Origin: Octopus bimaculoides
Taxonomy: Eukaryota
Assembly (NCBI RefSeq): GCF_001194135.2
Contig: NC_068987.1
Coordinates: forward strand, 86,577,466 to 86,616,298
Reading direction: 5' to 3'
Length of the DNA stretch: 38,833 nucleotides
Notes under the pieces: model-generated
Databases searched by the model: none
Told to the model about the DNA's origin: nothing
Seen by the model: only the letters and a program-made list of their open reading frames with translations
Made by a program: the position numbers and the translations under genes
Shown: positions 10,713-22,789 of the stretch, piece by piece
Position numbering within the stretch: position 1 is the first letter of the stretch
Layout: the number at the start of each line of letters is the position of its first letter

Positions 10713-12150
10713 TAATTTATAGAAATATGATGGAAATAATTATCAAAATAAAATATATCAACGTTACCAAAAACGTCGTTCGCATACATACACAGGATAA
10801 ATAGAGAATATAATAAATTACACACTTATTAACAGAAGATATATGAAAAATGTAAACGTCCACTTACGTTGATTGAGTACCTAACTACTTTGATTACGAC
10901 CTGTTCCAATATTCTCTCCTTGTAGTCTATGATTTTACTCAATGCCAGAGATTCCTCGGTGCTTCAGGGAGATGTTCCATGGATGGAATTAGCGGTAAAG
11001 CTCTGCATATGCGAGTATCATTCTTGGAATTGCTCGCATGTAATATAATATGACAGGCTATTAAGTGTTTAACTCATTTTCCGTTGCTTTACGTTTTCTT
11101 ATCCCGCACATCACCTCGTTCGTTCACTTCATATACAACTAGAGAAAAACAAATTGCGAGAACAAACCAGAGTAAATATTGAGAAGTACTTAACAAAATC
11201 AATAATGAAATTAAAACAAGGGTGTTGATTAAGATAGATTAGCGTGCCCCACGAATGTGAATTCACAGCAAAACTACCCAAATATTGACGGACTGGTAGG
11301 CATATGATGTTGAGAATTAGGCAAGACTTGAGAGAAAACAGATTTGATCCAAAATGAGTCAGACATTTTTCAGTTGAACACTTGAAAACAGCATGAAAAG
11401 AAATTAATCAACAGAAAAAATGAAACACGTATTACTATTTCGTGACATTCAAGAGGGTCAAACATTAAAAGAAAAAAATAGAACAAGAATATACGAATAA
11501 AAGAATATCAATAAGAAACGAAGACAATAGAGAAGCAAAGGAACAAGATAAATATATCAGGAGAAAAAACATTATTGTGAAATGCATAAATAATGTTAGC
11601 CAAGAAAAAAGTAGTAAAACATTATATAGATATATATAGAAGGACACATCAACGTAATTTCTAGTGGTTTAAGAAAGAATAAGAAGAGAGAGACATTGAG
11701 AACAAATCGAGAAGCAGAAAAGATTAGAAGATTAAAAGAAACACAATAAATCCGTATGGTCCACCACACCTCGACAACGTATTGAGGATATTAAAGACTG
11801 CAAGCAAACAGACCCTGGAATTGGTGAAGCCCCGATTTCTGGTATCATTCCAGTCTCAGATGATGGATGTGCAACAACAGATGTGTAATGACAATATTCA
11901 GTTCACGTGTTGGCAGCGCAGATTCAATACCTGAATATTTACAGGAGAGAAAGTTATTTAATTCATAAAAGCAAAGTCACCGGTGATTCTTACAAAAATA
12001 GAAGAAGCCACGCTTTTTATTAATTTTTTTTTTTTTACCAGTGATATACAAATATATCTTTAACTCCCTATTCTATAACAAAGAATACACACAGCTGGAA
12101 TATTTCTAGAGAATATTTCTAGAGAACTAGGAAAAGAAAACTAAAGTGAA

Positions 12151-12352
12151 AGGCAGTGAGCTGGTAGAAACGTTAGTACGCTGGCAGAATGCTTAGCAGT
12201 ATTTTGTCTGTCTTTACGTTGTGAGTTCAAATTCCGCCGGGGTCGACTTTGAATTTCACCCTTTGGGTGTCAGTAAATTAAGTACCACTTGTTTATTGGG
12301 TCGATCTAATCGACTGGCCCCTCCTCCAAAAGCCTTGTACCTAGAGCAGAAA
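12151..12352 (+). mobile_element. SINE family A
   Basis: AGGCAGTGAGCTGGTAGAAACGTTAG...GAGTTCAAATTCCGCC...GTCGACTTTG...AAGTACC. Confidence 0.85.
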
Positions 12353-13127
12353 GCCAAACTAAAATGATGTAAAGCAGTGGATGGCCATAGTAAACTGAAT
12401 TGTTATAAGATGCAACCAAAAGGCGAAGACGGATTTTATGATGGCTTGCTTTGCTTTTTTTACTACAATGAATTTGAAATACCTCGCTCCCCGTGCATAA
12501 AGGAGCTACATCGTGCATGTCATCTCATAAAGGAAAACAAATGTATTATTTTAAGGCATGCAGACGATGAGTGAAATATATTTCCACTCAGTTTCGCCAT
12601 TATTCACAAATCTTTCTGCTATATCATAAACAAATATACTATAATCATTATTTTCTATCAATATTGAATATGACCAAATAAGGAGTTAACAAAGCCAGTA
12701 ACACAATGCATAAATCCAACGGAAACGTAGTGATGAGATAGTATTAGCAGATGTACAATTTATCAATATTGGGGTTGCAGAAAATTTACAAATTTAAAAA
12801 GAAACACTCATTTAGGTACTCGATATATTAAAGCCAGAGAAATTAAAGATAAAATTATAAAATGAAACTACTACAGAAACAGTTGACAAATTTTGAAACA
12901 ATATGTTCAGTGTTGGAAATAAGATGGGAATACACAAAATACACTAGATGCCAAAAGCCTAAATGCACTAGATTTAGTGTGAAAATACAGAATACAGTAA
13001 ATGAGCCGCTTATATACAACAAACTCAACGTTAGTCATTAATGGAAGGCAGGTCAGGATATAAGTCAGAATAATTAAACGGACATTTCTATCAATGTCCC
13101 AGGCTACAACACCAAATATTGTAAAAC

Positions 13128-13145
13128 GATAGATAGATAGATAGG

Positions 13146-13234
<89 letters not shown>
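13128..13234. repeat. (ATAG)n microsatellite
   Basis: Long near-perfect run. Confidence 0.98.
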
Positions 13235-13235
<1 letters not shown>

Positions 13236-13649
13236 CGGGTACACACACTCACAAACACACACAAAAGCATATCCAAACCCACACATATATGTAGCAATCA
13301 GATACAAAATATCTAAAGCTACAATATATGTCCAAAGGTCTTTCGCAGCAAGTGATATAAGTTTTACGCTCAAAGAAAAGAGTTGTAAATTATAATTTAT
13401 CGAGGAAACATGTCGAAAACAGTCCTGCGTCGGAGACTAAAACAATGATTAAGGAGAGACAGGGAAGAGTAGCGAGAACAAGATTAAAGCCACCTGGCAT
13501 GTAAATATGTGCGTGAGAACGCGCATGCTTTTGAGGATGGATCCACAATATTAACTGGAAGTGAGAGATATTGAGGCTTTAGAGGGTAAAGAATGAAACA
13601 GGAGTGTCTGAAGGTATGAGTCTGTGTGTATGCAAGTTGGTGTGTGTCT

Positions 13650-13890
13650 TTTTAAATGCAGGCTATTTTTGGTTGACCTAAGATGATGTATGAGAATTTC
13701 TCTAGCATGCTATATACCATTTCCTATATGAAGAGACGGATATATTTATCTGAGTAGAATTTCTTTGAGTCCTGTTAGGCGTTTGTCCTTGTTATTTACA
13801 TCTTCCACAATGGTACAATTTTTTCTGGCTTGACAACATGGTATATTGTGTTTTGTATGTGTTGGATGGCACGATTTAAAGTTCAGGTAT
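13650..13890 (-). mobile_element. Penelope-like element RT thumb fragment
   Basis: YLNFKSCHPTHTKHNIPCCQARKNCTIVED...KRLTGLKEILLR*IYP matches the PLE pattern YLxFxSxHPxHTKxNIP..ARRICTIV. Confidence 0.85.
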
Positions 13891-13892
13891 TG

Positions 13893-14002
13893 ATGCGCCC
13901 AGCATCAATATAGTTGGTCCAACAAGCCCTGCCCAGCGTCTAAGCACTTTTATTGACATTATTTTGAAACCATTATGTACGCACATACATAGTTTCATCC
14001 GG
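13893..14002 (+). mobile_element. Penelope-like element RT N-terminal fragment, inverted relative to the previous piece
   Basis: RP..IVGPTSPAQRLSTFIDIILKPLCTHIHSFIR matches the PLE pattern RPIV.....T.RLS.FID..LKPL. Confidence 0.75.
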
Positions 14003-15130
14003 CGGGAAGACATCGACTGCTGTAGTTTGCAATTTTGTGATGGACAAGAACTTGGATCGGAGATTCAATGTGAAATTTTGAGTTCAAATTGGGAGGTCTC
14101 CTACAGAGACATTGAGCATGGTTCAGCAAGTTTACGGTGACGAGGCAATGGTTTTACGCAAGCTGTTGAGTGACACGGACGCTTAGAAATCTGAAGACCA
14201 TTACTCGAAGATGATGAGCGATCTGGAAGACGTGCCAAGGAACCGTGGAGAAAATTCAGCAGCTGGTGCATGAAGATCGTCGGAAGAGAATCAACGGCAT
14301 TGCTGATGTTGTTGGTCCGTCGTTTGGGTCCGTGCAGGCAATCCTAACACCTGAACTGGACTCGCAGTGTGTGCCTGCCAAGTTTAAAGCCCCACTGACC
14401 ACCACGCAGAAAGAACATCGCGTCAAATTATTTCAAGATGTTCGTCAGCATACCGCTGATGATCCATCCTTCATGTCAAGAATCAGTACCGGTGAGGAGA
14501 GTTGGGTCTACGACTACGGCTACGAATCTAAGACGATGCAGCAGTCATCACAATGGAAGAGCAATTCATCTCCACGACCGGGACGTTACTCAATCAAGTG
14601 CATGGTCATCGTTGTTTTTTCGACATTTGCAGTATTATGCATCAAGAATTCGTTCCCCAGGGCCAGACCGTCAATATAGGTATCTATCGCGACGTTTTGA
14701 AGAGTTTGAGGGAGGTCATTCGGTGAAAGAGACCAGACCTGTGCAGCACAAAGAACTGGATTCTCCACGACGACAGCGCACCCCGTCACCGAGGTCACCT
14801 CACTTGTGTGTTTCTGGCCAAAAATAACATGGTGTCTCTTCCGTATCCGCACTATTCACCAGATTTCCTACCTGCGAACTTCCACGTCTTCTGCAAGATG
14901 AAAAGGCAACTCAAAGGTCACCGTTTTAACACTGTTGTCGAGAATAAAATCGAATGGCAGAGGGTACTAGTTTCACTTACGGAAAACAACTTCCAGGCAG
15001 GATTCCAAATCAGACAGGTGTATTGCTGCGCAAGGTCACTATTTCGAATGGAGTGATGTTAAAATTTAGGTAAATATGTTATTTTTTATTAAAGATGACT
15101 AGCTCGAAAACTTTTTGATACCACCTCGTA
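14003..15130 (+). mobile_element. mariner transposon, degenerate near-full-length transposase, 3' TIR present, 5' TIR missing
   Basis: ATG at 14040 (MDKNLDRRFNVKF*VQIG..TETL); EDDERSGR, STGEESWVY, LHDDSAP, YSPDFLPANF motifs with two DD34D residues mutated (D>E, D>N); stop at 15056; TIR CTCGAAAACTTTTTGATACCACCTCG+TA at 15103-15130. Confidence 0.92.
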
Positions 15131-15474
15131 GGAAAAGAAGTTTAGTATTTTTTTTTTTCGTTTTACTGTAGTTTAATTTCACGTGAGGAGAAAAAAAAGA
15201 AACAAAAATATATGTTGGCGTATAAAGCAAGAAAAATACTATTTAGACGAATAGCACATCATAGATTTAATATCATATATTGTTCGTATGTTAAAGGAGT
15301 TCCCCGAACGATAACAGATGCTCTGTTTTTCAAAAAATGTCTTTTAAGATAAGAAAACTGTCACAACCTAACGCTTCATTTGTCAGTATATTTTGTGAAA
15401 CATTAGTCGTAAACAAAGAAAAGAATACATGAATGCGCTTCGTTGTGCTTATACATACACATACCTTTACATAT

Positions 15475-15565
15475 ATGTGTGTCTGTGTGTGTGCGCGTGT
15501 ATGTCTATATGTGTGAGCGCGTGTGTGTGAGTGTATGCGTACGTGGGGGGGGGGGGGGGGGTATG
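15475..15565. repeat. (TG)n plus poly-G run
   Basis: Direct reading; G run at about 15545-15561. Confidence 0.9.
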
Positions 15566-17599
15566 TGCGTTTGGCTTTGAGTGTGTATGGATATAGAATT
15601 ACTTTGGTCGTCTTGTGGGTAACAGTACTTATAAAGTACTGACCTATATACGTAGCTGAGGTCTCAATATCTGCAAGGATTTTAACCGGGTAAGTTCAAG
15701 GCTACTTAACCAGCTAAGCATCTAATATCATAATAAATCAACGAGGGGTACATAACTTAGTTATACATCAGACCGAGAATACCTTAATTACAAGTAGGTT
15801 ACATTGGTTGCTAGACTTAGGCAATACAGATACTTTCAGCTTTTCGAATTTCCTAGTGACTTCGATATAGGAAAGGTATGTAACCTTCGGCGCCGATAAA
15901 TTGTTATTGATCTTGACCGTACGCTGACCGCTTTCTGTTTTTTGTACTTGGCATGGTATGTTTGAAGCTTTCAAACTTCCTACACTTGGATCATCTAGAT
16001 CTTACCCATATACATCGTTTTATATATATATATATATATATATNNNNNNNNNNNNNNNNNNNNNNNNNNNNNNNNNNNNNNNNNNNNNNNNNNNNNNNNN
16101 NNNNNNNNNNNNNNNNNNNNNNNNNNNNNNNNNNNNNNNNNNNNNNNNNNNNNNNNNNNNNNNNNNNNNNNNNNNNNNNNNNNNNNNNNNNNNNNNNNNN
16201 NNNNNNNNNNNNNNNNNNNNNNNNNNNNNNNNNNNNNNNNNNNNNNNNNNNNNNNNNNNNNNNNNNNNNNNNNNNNNNNNNNNNNNNNNNNNNNNNNNNN
16301 NNNNNNNNNNNNNNNNNNNNNNNNNNNNNNNNNNNNNNNNNNNNNNNNNNNNNNNNNNNNNNNNNNNNNNNNNNNNNNNNNNNNNNNNNNNNNNNNNNNN
16401 NNNNNNNNNNNNNNNNNNNNNNNNNNNNNNNNNNNNNNNNNNNNNNNNNNNNNNNNNNNNNNNNNNNNNNNNNNNNNNNNNNNNNNNNNATATATATAAT
16501 GCGTGTGTGTATAAATTTCAAGTAAAACCTAATGGATAGAGACAAAAGATGACTAACATGTTATCATTTCATACTGCTTACCCTAATACTTTTGACAGGT
16601 TCAGTCAAAAATGTGTCAAAATATAAACAATTGTCAGTGTATATGATTGTCGTGCCAAAAATATTTAAATATACTTTTGATTTCGATGGCAAACAAGGAA
16701 ATACGCTTTTTCCTTTTTTTTTATCCCATATGTTGCCCGATAACAGCCGAATACAAAAGAAAACGCTGTTATTATTTGAATCATCGTTTTATTGGCGATT
16801 AACATACAACAAAAGTATTCTCATAAGTATTAAGAGAAAATTCAAGATGAGTTATTTACAATTACCAGTAAATTGTACATTATTATTTAAATTCAAAATA
16901 GCTGTTAAGAGCTATGATTCTATTTCTTTGTAGGTTGACTCTGTCTCATGAGAGTACTTGTGTGGAATATTTCTTTGTTCGTAAGTTGTAATATCCCTAT
17001 TAAGTATTCCCTGCAAGGCGAGAATTTCATTTGTATAATGAAGATTGATTTTCATTTTCAGAAAGAAAAATAAAATACGTAACTCTTATTCTACTTGAAT
17101 TCATCTGCAACCACTAGAAAGCAAACAAGTAGCTTACATCTGCAATTTAATGGTAATCTTTGAATGGCTTGTATGATATAAGAATCGAAGACACGATATC
17201 ACAATGAGTATATGAAAGCATTGGTGAAACTTCTAAGTAACGGAAAGAAATGGTGATTTTACATCGGGTTAAAACCATTACATAAAGACGCCCGATCCCC
17301 CAGGGATTTCTAAATATGCAAGGATTTGATAGAACACAGGTATAAATAATAAAGATGATAGATTTAAGTTTAATAAAGTAGTGAATTATAGATTATAATT
17401 CCTTATAGTTACAGCAGATGGCTTTGAAGATCGATATTAATGACGATACAAAGAAAGGTAATAATGAATCGTAAAGTGAACTTTTGGTTCGCAAAATGGA
17501 ATCCTAGGCATAGCTACAAGGGATATTTGGGCCATAATACTTTATACATGCGTTATATTATTCATTGTACATCATTATCCACCTCACTATACACACACA

Positions 17600-17686
17600 T
17601 GTATGTATGTTTGTGTGTTTATATGTGTGTGTCTGTGTCTACGTGTGTATGTGTTTGTTTGTGTGTGTGTGTGTGTGTGTGCGCGC

Positions 17687-17730
<44 letters not shown>
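17600..17730. repeat. (TG)n microsatellite
   Basis: Direct reading. Confidence 0.96.
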
Positions 17731-17731
<1 letters not shown>

Positions 17732-17752
17732 ACCGTTTCTATTTTTATATAA

Positions 17753-18712
17753 GAGGGTGTGATGGTCTACGTTCGTTCAAACCTATCGGCAATTCCTTGT
17801 GATGATTTAAACCAATCTCAACAGGAAGGATTTTTCTGCAATATACATATACCATGTCAACACTTCTACTTGGAGTTGTTTAGCGCCCCTCAAATTATCA
17901 TCAAGACACACAACTTTTTGATATCCTCAAAGTTGCTGCCATGAAAACAGCCACTTATGTTTATATTGCAGGGGACTTCAATTTCCCTGAGATTGACAGG
18001 GAGGCCTTCCGTTGGACGCAAAGTGCAGACGATTTCCTTGAGCTGGTGTTGAATTCAAATTGGTCCCAAATCGTTACCTCTCCCACAGGGGGTAACAACA
18101 CTTTGGATCTGGTATTTATCACTTCTCCTGAAACACATATTAGTGTGACTACTGAAGAACCTTTAGGTGACTCTGATCCTTCCATGAGCATAGCCGACTC
18201 GTCTCTGATTGGTTGTAACATAAATCACAACCATCTTCAAACTGCTCGCTTTGACTGGAATAAAGCAGACTGGAACTCTTATTGTACTGAGCTGCGACGC
18301 CCAAACTGGCTCGAATTTTATGTCTATGGAGATGTGAACACTATACATCAGAACATTCTGAATTCAATATGGATGGCATGTGCAGCGTCGGTATCACGCA
18401 AGCATAAAAAACCACCCAATAGTGCAATTTGGGACACTGCAGAAGTCCGACTTGCCAGGAAAGGACGCTGTAATGCTGAGCAGGAATACAAAATGCACAA
18501 ATCAGAGATTAACAGGAAAAAGCGCAACAGATTATCCAACCATCTCAAGCAGGTGACAAAAAAGGCCGTGCTTGAATTCGAACAGCGCATAGCAACCAGC
18601 CCTGACAGCAAAGTGTTCTGGAAATACGTACATTCAAAGCAGAGACCTCACTCTCCAGTTGGTCTCCTTCGTAATCCCCACACAGGCCATATTACTGAAA
18701 ATCCCACAACAA
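17753..18712 (+). mobile_element. non-LTR retrotransposon ORF2 fragment (APE endonuclease plus linker, CR1/L2-group-like), no RT
   Basis: GVMVYVR, IAGDFNFPEID, QIVTSPTGGNNTLDLVF, GDSDP (SDH with catalytic H>P), WNKADW and KVFWKYVHSK..VGLL; one frameshift near 17940. Confidence 0.9.
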
Positions 18713-18918
18713 CAAATATAGTCGAAAGAAAATTATTTTTAAATTATTCCCCGGTAAAACCGGGAAATAAAACAGTTCAACAATTCAACAAAACATATAC
18801 TCGTTCGACGAACTGCAATAAACAGCAATAAAATCAGGTAATACACAAAGAAAAACGGTAACAATATCCACAGCAAAAAATGCTTATCGGCAGCGAAGAA
18901 AAACACGTCCACACTGTA

Positions 18919-18950
18919 GTGAGGAAAGCAAGCTTCTTACCACACAGCTA
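18919..18950 (-). mobile_element. SINE family B 5' fragment
   Basis: GCAAGCTTCTTACCACACAGC matches the family B head; very short. Confidence 0.45.
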
Positions 18951-19362
18951 TCTTGCCGAGTGTCCAATGTGACGTTGAAACGTGGAGCTATATTTCCAGC
19001 CATTTGTCGCTACTCCACATTGGGACTACCATTAGGCATATTTGTTATCGAAGTTGACTGGACGAAGAGGATCGTGAGAATATGCTCGGCACAGTCGCAC
19101 CACTGGGTTTTCTTATAAGGTTAATTATATGATAAAATGTATGGTAAGAAAAAAGAGAAAAATGGACAGCTAATGAGAAAGAGCGGAAACAGCGAATAAA
19201 ATTTCCTTTGATGTGCGATTCCAGCCTTATCAACAGTGCACGGACCAGAACTGAACTCTCAGGAGTTTTAAATCAGGCGTTCATAAAAATAACATATCTT
19301 GTCTGGAAATTAAATTAAAACTTTGAGAGTTGTAGCTGAATAAATACTGGCTTTATACTAAT

Positions 19363-19364
<2 letters not shown>

Positions 19365-19431
<67 letters not shown>

Positions 19432-19601
19432 TACACGTATATATATGCATATATGTATATGTATGTATAAATATAACTATAAATATGTATATACGCATAT
19501 TTATTTATATATAAATATACATACATATATACATACGTATATATAAACATATATATATATGTACGTATACACATATATTTATATACGTATATAACTATAA
19601 C
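19365..19601. repeat. (CA)n then degenerate (TA)n microsatellite to gap
   Basis: Direct reading. Confidence 0.95.
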
Positions 19602-20417
19602 NNNNNNNNNNNNNNNNNNNNNNNNNNNNNNNNNNNNNNNNNNNNNNNNNNNNNNNNNNNNNNNNNNNNNNNNNNNNNNNNNNNNNNNNNNNNNNNNNNN
19701 NNNNNNNNNNNNNNNNNNNNNNNNNNNNNNNNNNNNNNNNNNNNNNNNNNNNNNNNNNNNNNNNNNNNNNNNNNNNNNNNNNNNNNNNNNNNNNNNNNNN
19801 NNNNNNNNNNNNNNNNNNNNNNNNNNNNNNNNNNNNNNNNNNNNNNNNNNNNNNNNNNNNNNNNNNNNNNNNNNNNNNNNNNNNNNNNNNNNNNNNNNNN
19901 NNNNNNNNNNNNNNNNNNNNNNNNNNNNNNNNNNNNNNNNNNNNNNNNNNNNNNNNNNNNNNNNNNNNNNNNNNNNNNNNNNNNNNNNNNNNNNNNNNNN
20001 NNNNNNNNNNNNNNNNNNNNNNNNNNNNNNNNNNNNNNNNNNNNNNNNNNNNNNNNNNNNNNNNNNNNNNNNNNNNNNNNNNNNNTATATATATATATAT
20101 ATGTTTGTGTGTATGCGGATGGTGTACCTATAATACGCGTAGCAAAACTTCATGACTAAGGCTGAATAGAAAACTTAAGTGACATCAAAAATCATAGCTG
20201 TCTAAACAATGTCTGCAACAATTTCCATCTTACTGTTTGAAAAACATATTAAACTGTCGCAGTCACCAACTAGTGCAACATCATAGCATTAATTTCCAAT
20301 CTTTGCAATATTTACTACAATCATATGTACCTTAATTTTCTAAACAAATGTGTCAGGGTATCTTATGATATAATAAATCATGTATTTATATATGCATACA
20401 CATATTCCAACAAGCAC

Positions 20418-20545
20418 CCTCTCTCTCTATCTCTCTCTCTCTCTCTCTCTTTATATCTCTCTATCTTTCTATCTCTCTCTCTCTAACACACACACGACAC
20501 ACACACACACCACCATCTCCTACACACACACACACACACACGTAT
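20418..20545. repeat. (CT)n/(CA)n microsatellite
   Basis: Direct reading. Confidence 0.93.
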
Positions 20546-20680
20546 ATATTCTCCCTTTATCCCTGATTCTAGATGTCAGTATCCATGCAGATGCACCTGG
20601 AAGGGTTTAATTGAAGAAATCCATCTCAATACTTATATTTTAACTCTGGAACTCCTTGACCAATTTCTTTTGATGATTTG

Positions 20681-20914
20681 TTATTTCTTTATTGCCTACA
20701 AGGGGCTAAACATAGAGGGGACAAGCAAGGACAGACAAAGGGGTTAAGTCGATTACATCAACTCCAGTGCGTAACTGGTACTCAATTTATCGACCCCGGA
20801 AGGATGAAAGGCAAAGTCGACCTCGGCAGAATTTGAACTCAGAACGCAACGGCAGACGAAATACTGCTAAGCATTACGCCCGACGGGGTAACGTTTCTGC
20901 CAGCTCGCCGTCTT
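20681..20914 (-). mobile_element. SINE family A, full length, with 10-bp target-site duplication
   Basis: TGATGATTTG at 20671-20680 and 20916-20925 flanks the element. Confidence 0.92.
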
Positions 20915-21582
20915 ATGATGATTTGATCATCTTGTGTTGATTCGTGTGTACACGCATACTGACCGTCTGTAAGGGAAATATTTTTTGCAGGAAAACGCAA
21001 GGTATTAAGACAGAGCCTTGTATGAAAGCAGCCTCCTTGAGATTGATGGCTCCCCTCCTAATCATCTACAATTTACCGAGACGTATAGTATAGCTAGAAC
21101 ATTCTTCTCCTTTCTACAAAAGCTACGTGTCCATGCAACAAAACCTTCAATCTCAACACGATTGCATTTTCACATCCTACCAAATTCAGTTCTTAGCGGA
21201 GCACTGCGTTTTCCACCGTCTATAAAATTGATAGTTGTTGAAGACACCTAGATACCTCTAAAGACCAAACCTTTTGAGATTACAATTGTTCCGATACACA
21301 GATGTTCCCCCTTAACTGATGTTACCTCGGCACAATATCTTCTGGGGAATTTCAATCATGTTTCGTGGTCTGCTACCACAACAGCCCCTTTATAGGATCC
21401 AGTTAGGTTAGCTCAAGACATCATCAGGAGAAACCACGTCCGGTTTCGGCCCCTACTCCTCTACCGTTTTGACGTGCCCCCCCTCCCTTTTGGAGGTGTC
21501 TTCAGCCCTGGTGTTGGGTGCATGTCTTCTTTCTTCTATTCCCTGGACTCTTCGATGCAGCATCAACGAGTGTCAGCGTCCG

Positions 21583-21614
21583 ACTGACTGTCTTGTCAAA
21601 TTCACCTTTTTATA
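21583..21614 (-). promoter_or_regulatory. candidate Pol II core promoter (TATA + Inr)
   Basis: TATAAAAA (21607-21614, minus) lies 29 nt upstream of the A of a TCAGT initiator (21583-21587). Confidence 0.4.
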
Positions 21615-21617
21615 CCT

Positions 21618-21761
21618 GCTGCTAGGCTCCAGCAGGCTGCCCCAGCAAGTTGTCACATGAAACTGTCTAAATTTCCCGCTGCTAGGGTCCAGTAGGCAGC
21701 CCCAGCAAGTTGTCACATGACACTGTCTAAACTTCCCGCTGCTAGGCTCCAGCAGTCAGCC
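21618..21761. repeat. 60-bp tandem repeat, ~2.4 copies
   Basis: GCTGCTAGGCTCCAGCAGG...CAAGTTGTCACATGA..CTGTCTAAA.TTCCC recurs at an exact 60-bp period. Confidence 0.95.
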
Positions 21762-22789
21762 AGATTACAATTGTTCCGATACACAGGTGTTCCCATCTTA
21801 ACTGAGGTTACCTCGGCACAATATCTTCTGTAATAAAACAGACTAAACTCCACCATAGTTGTATGCGTAAGATTCATTGATAGTAACTTGTAAGAGAAAA
21901 TTTAACAAATAACTACACACGTTTCGGAACCTCGCTAATACGAAATCTACGAAAACACAACATGCATCATCAGAACACATACCACCCAAGACCTGATTAA
22001 TGTTGCTGCCTAAGCATACTACACCCCATTTGACCCACGTTGGATAACAGCCAGAATCGACCTAGGTGTGAGCCTAGTAAATATTGGCATCATGTTTCCG
22101 GGTGCTCACCTAAATTCTTTCGCTCCAAGTTTTTGATTCGATTTTTGAAAACAACGCTAGTTATTTTCGCTATTGTACGACATCAATTTTTGAAATCTTT
22201 CAGTTTATGTTTTCTACAAAATACTGAGTTATTTTTTTTTCTTTTAACTGCATAAACTACTGAAATGTTAGCATTATCTAACAGTTAACTTTATCTAAAA
22301 TGAGTGAAGCGAAAACATTGTAGTGCTAGGCACTTTCTTGACAAATTGCAGATTTTCGATATGGGAAATAGCATTTGCATTGTTGACATATATAGTACTG
22401 TTTTATCGACAAATAGTTGGAGAAAGAAAAAAATGTTATAAATTTATATGTATAAGATATGGAAGTTCTTCATTTCGATTCATTTGTCTGCTTCCATCTA
22501 GTCAATTTGTGCAATCAAATTGCCAAAATTACATATGGAAACATACTGCAGGGAAAGAAATGAAAGTATGTGTTTATTCAGTAAAGATACGTTATTATAT
22601 TATCATAACTGAATATTTGAAAGTAAAGAAAATCAGAACTTACTGACAGAAACACGCGCGGCGAAAGTAATGACAACGGCAACACAATTCATGTCATTCT
22701 GCTTGATTTATGATGCGCAACACTCTTTGGTTCGCCATAAATAGTGAAAACTGCGTAGGTAAGATGTTATATAGCTAACTTGACAAACA

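Larger units (their letters stand above)
21277..21830 (-). mobile_element. 554-bp unit bounded by ~68-bp direct repeats (solo pLTR-, TRIM- or retrozyme-like; unclassified)
   Basis: AGATTACAATTGTTCCGATACACAG...GCACAATATCTTCTG at 21277-21344 and 21762-21830, differing at only a few positions. The repeats are certain; the element class is not. Confidence 0.5.

Noticed and set aside
12100-12126. Short tandem duplication GAATATTTCTAGA x2
   Set aside because: Ordinary slippage event with no associated structure.
14245-15056. Functional mariner transposase
   Set aside because: Multiple frameshifts and stops, mutated catalytic aspartates and no 5' TIR.
21618-21761. CRISPR-like or regularly interspaced array
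   Set aside because: Whole 60-bp units repeat with no unique spacers; eukaryotic context with no cas genes.
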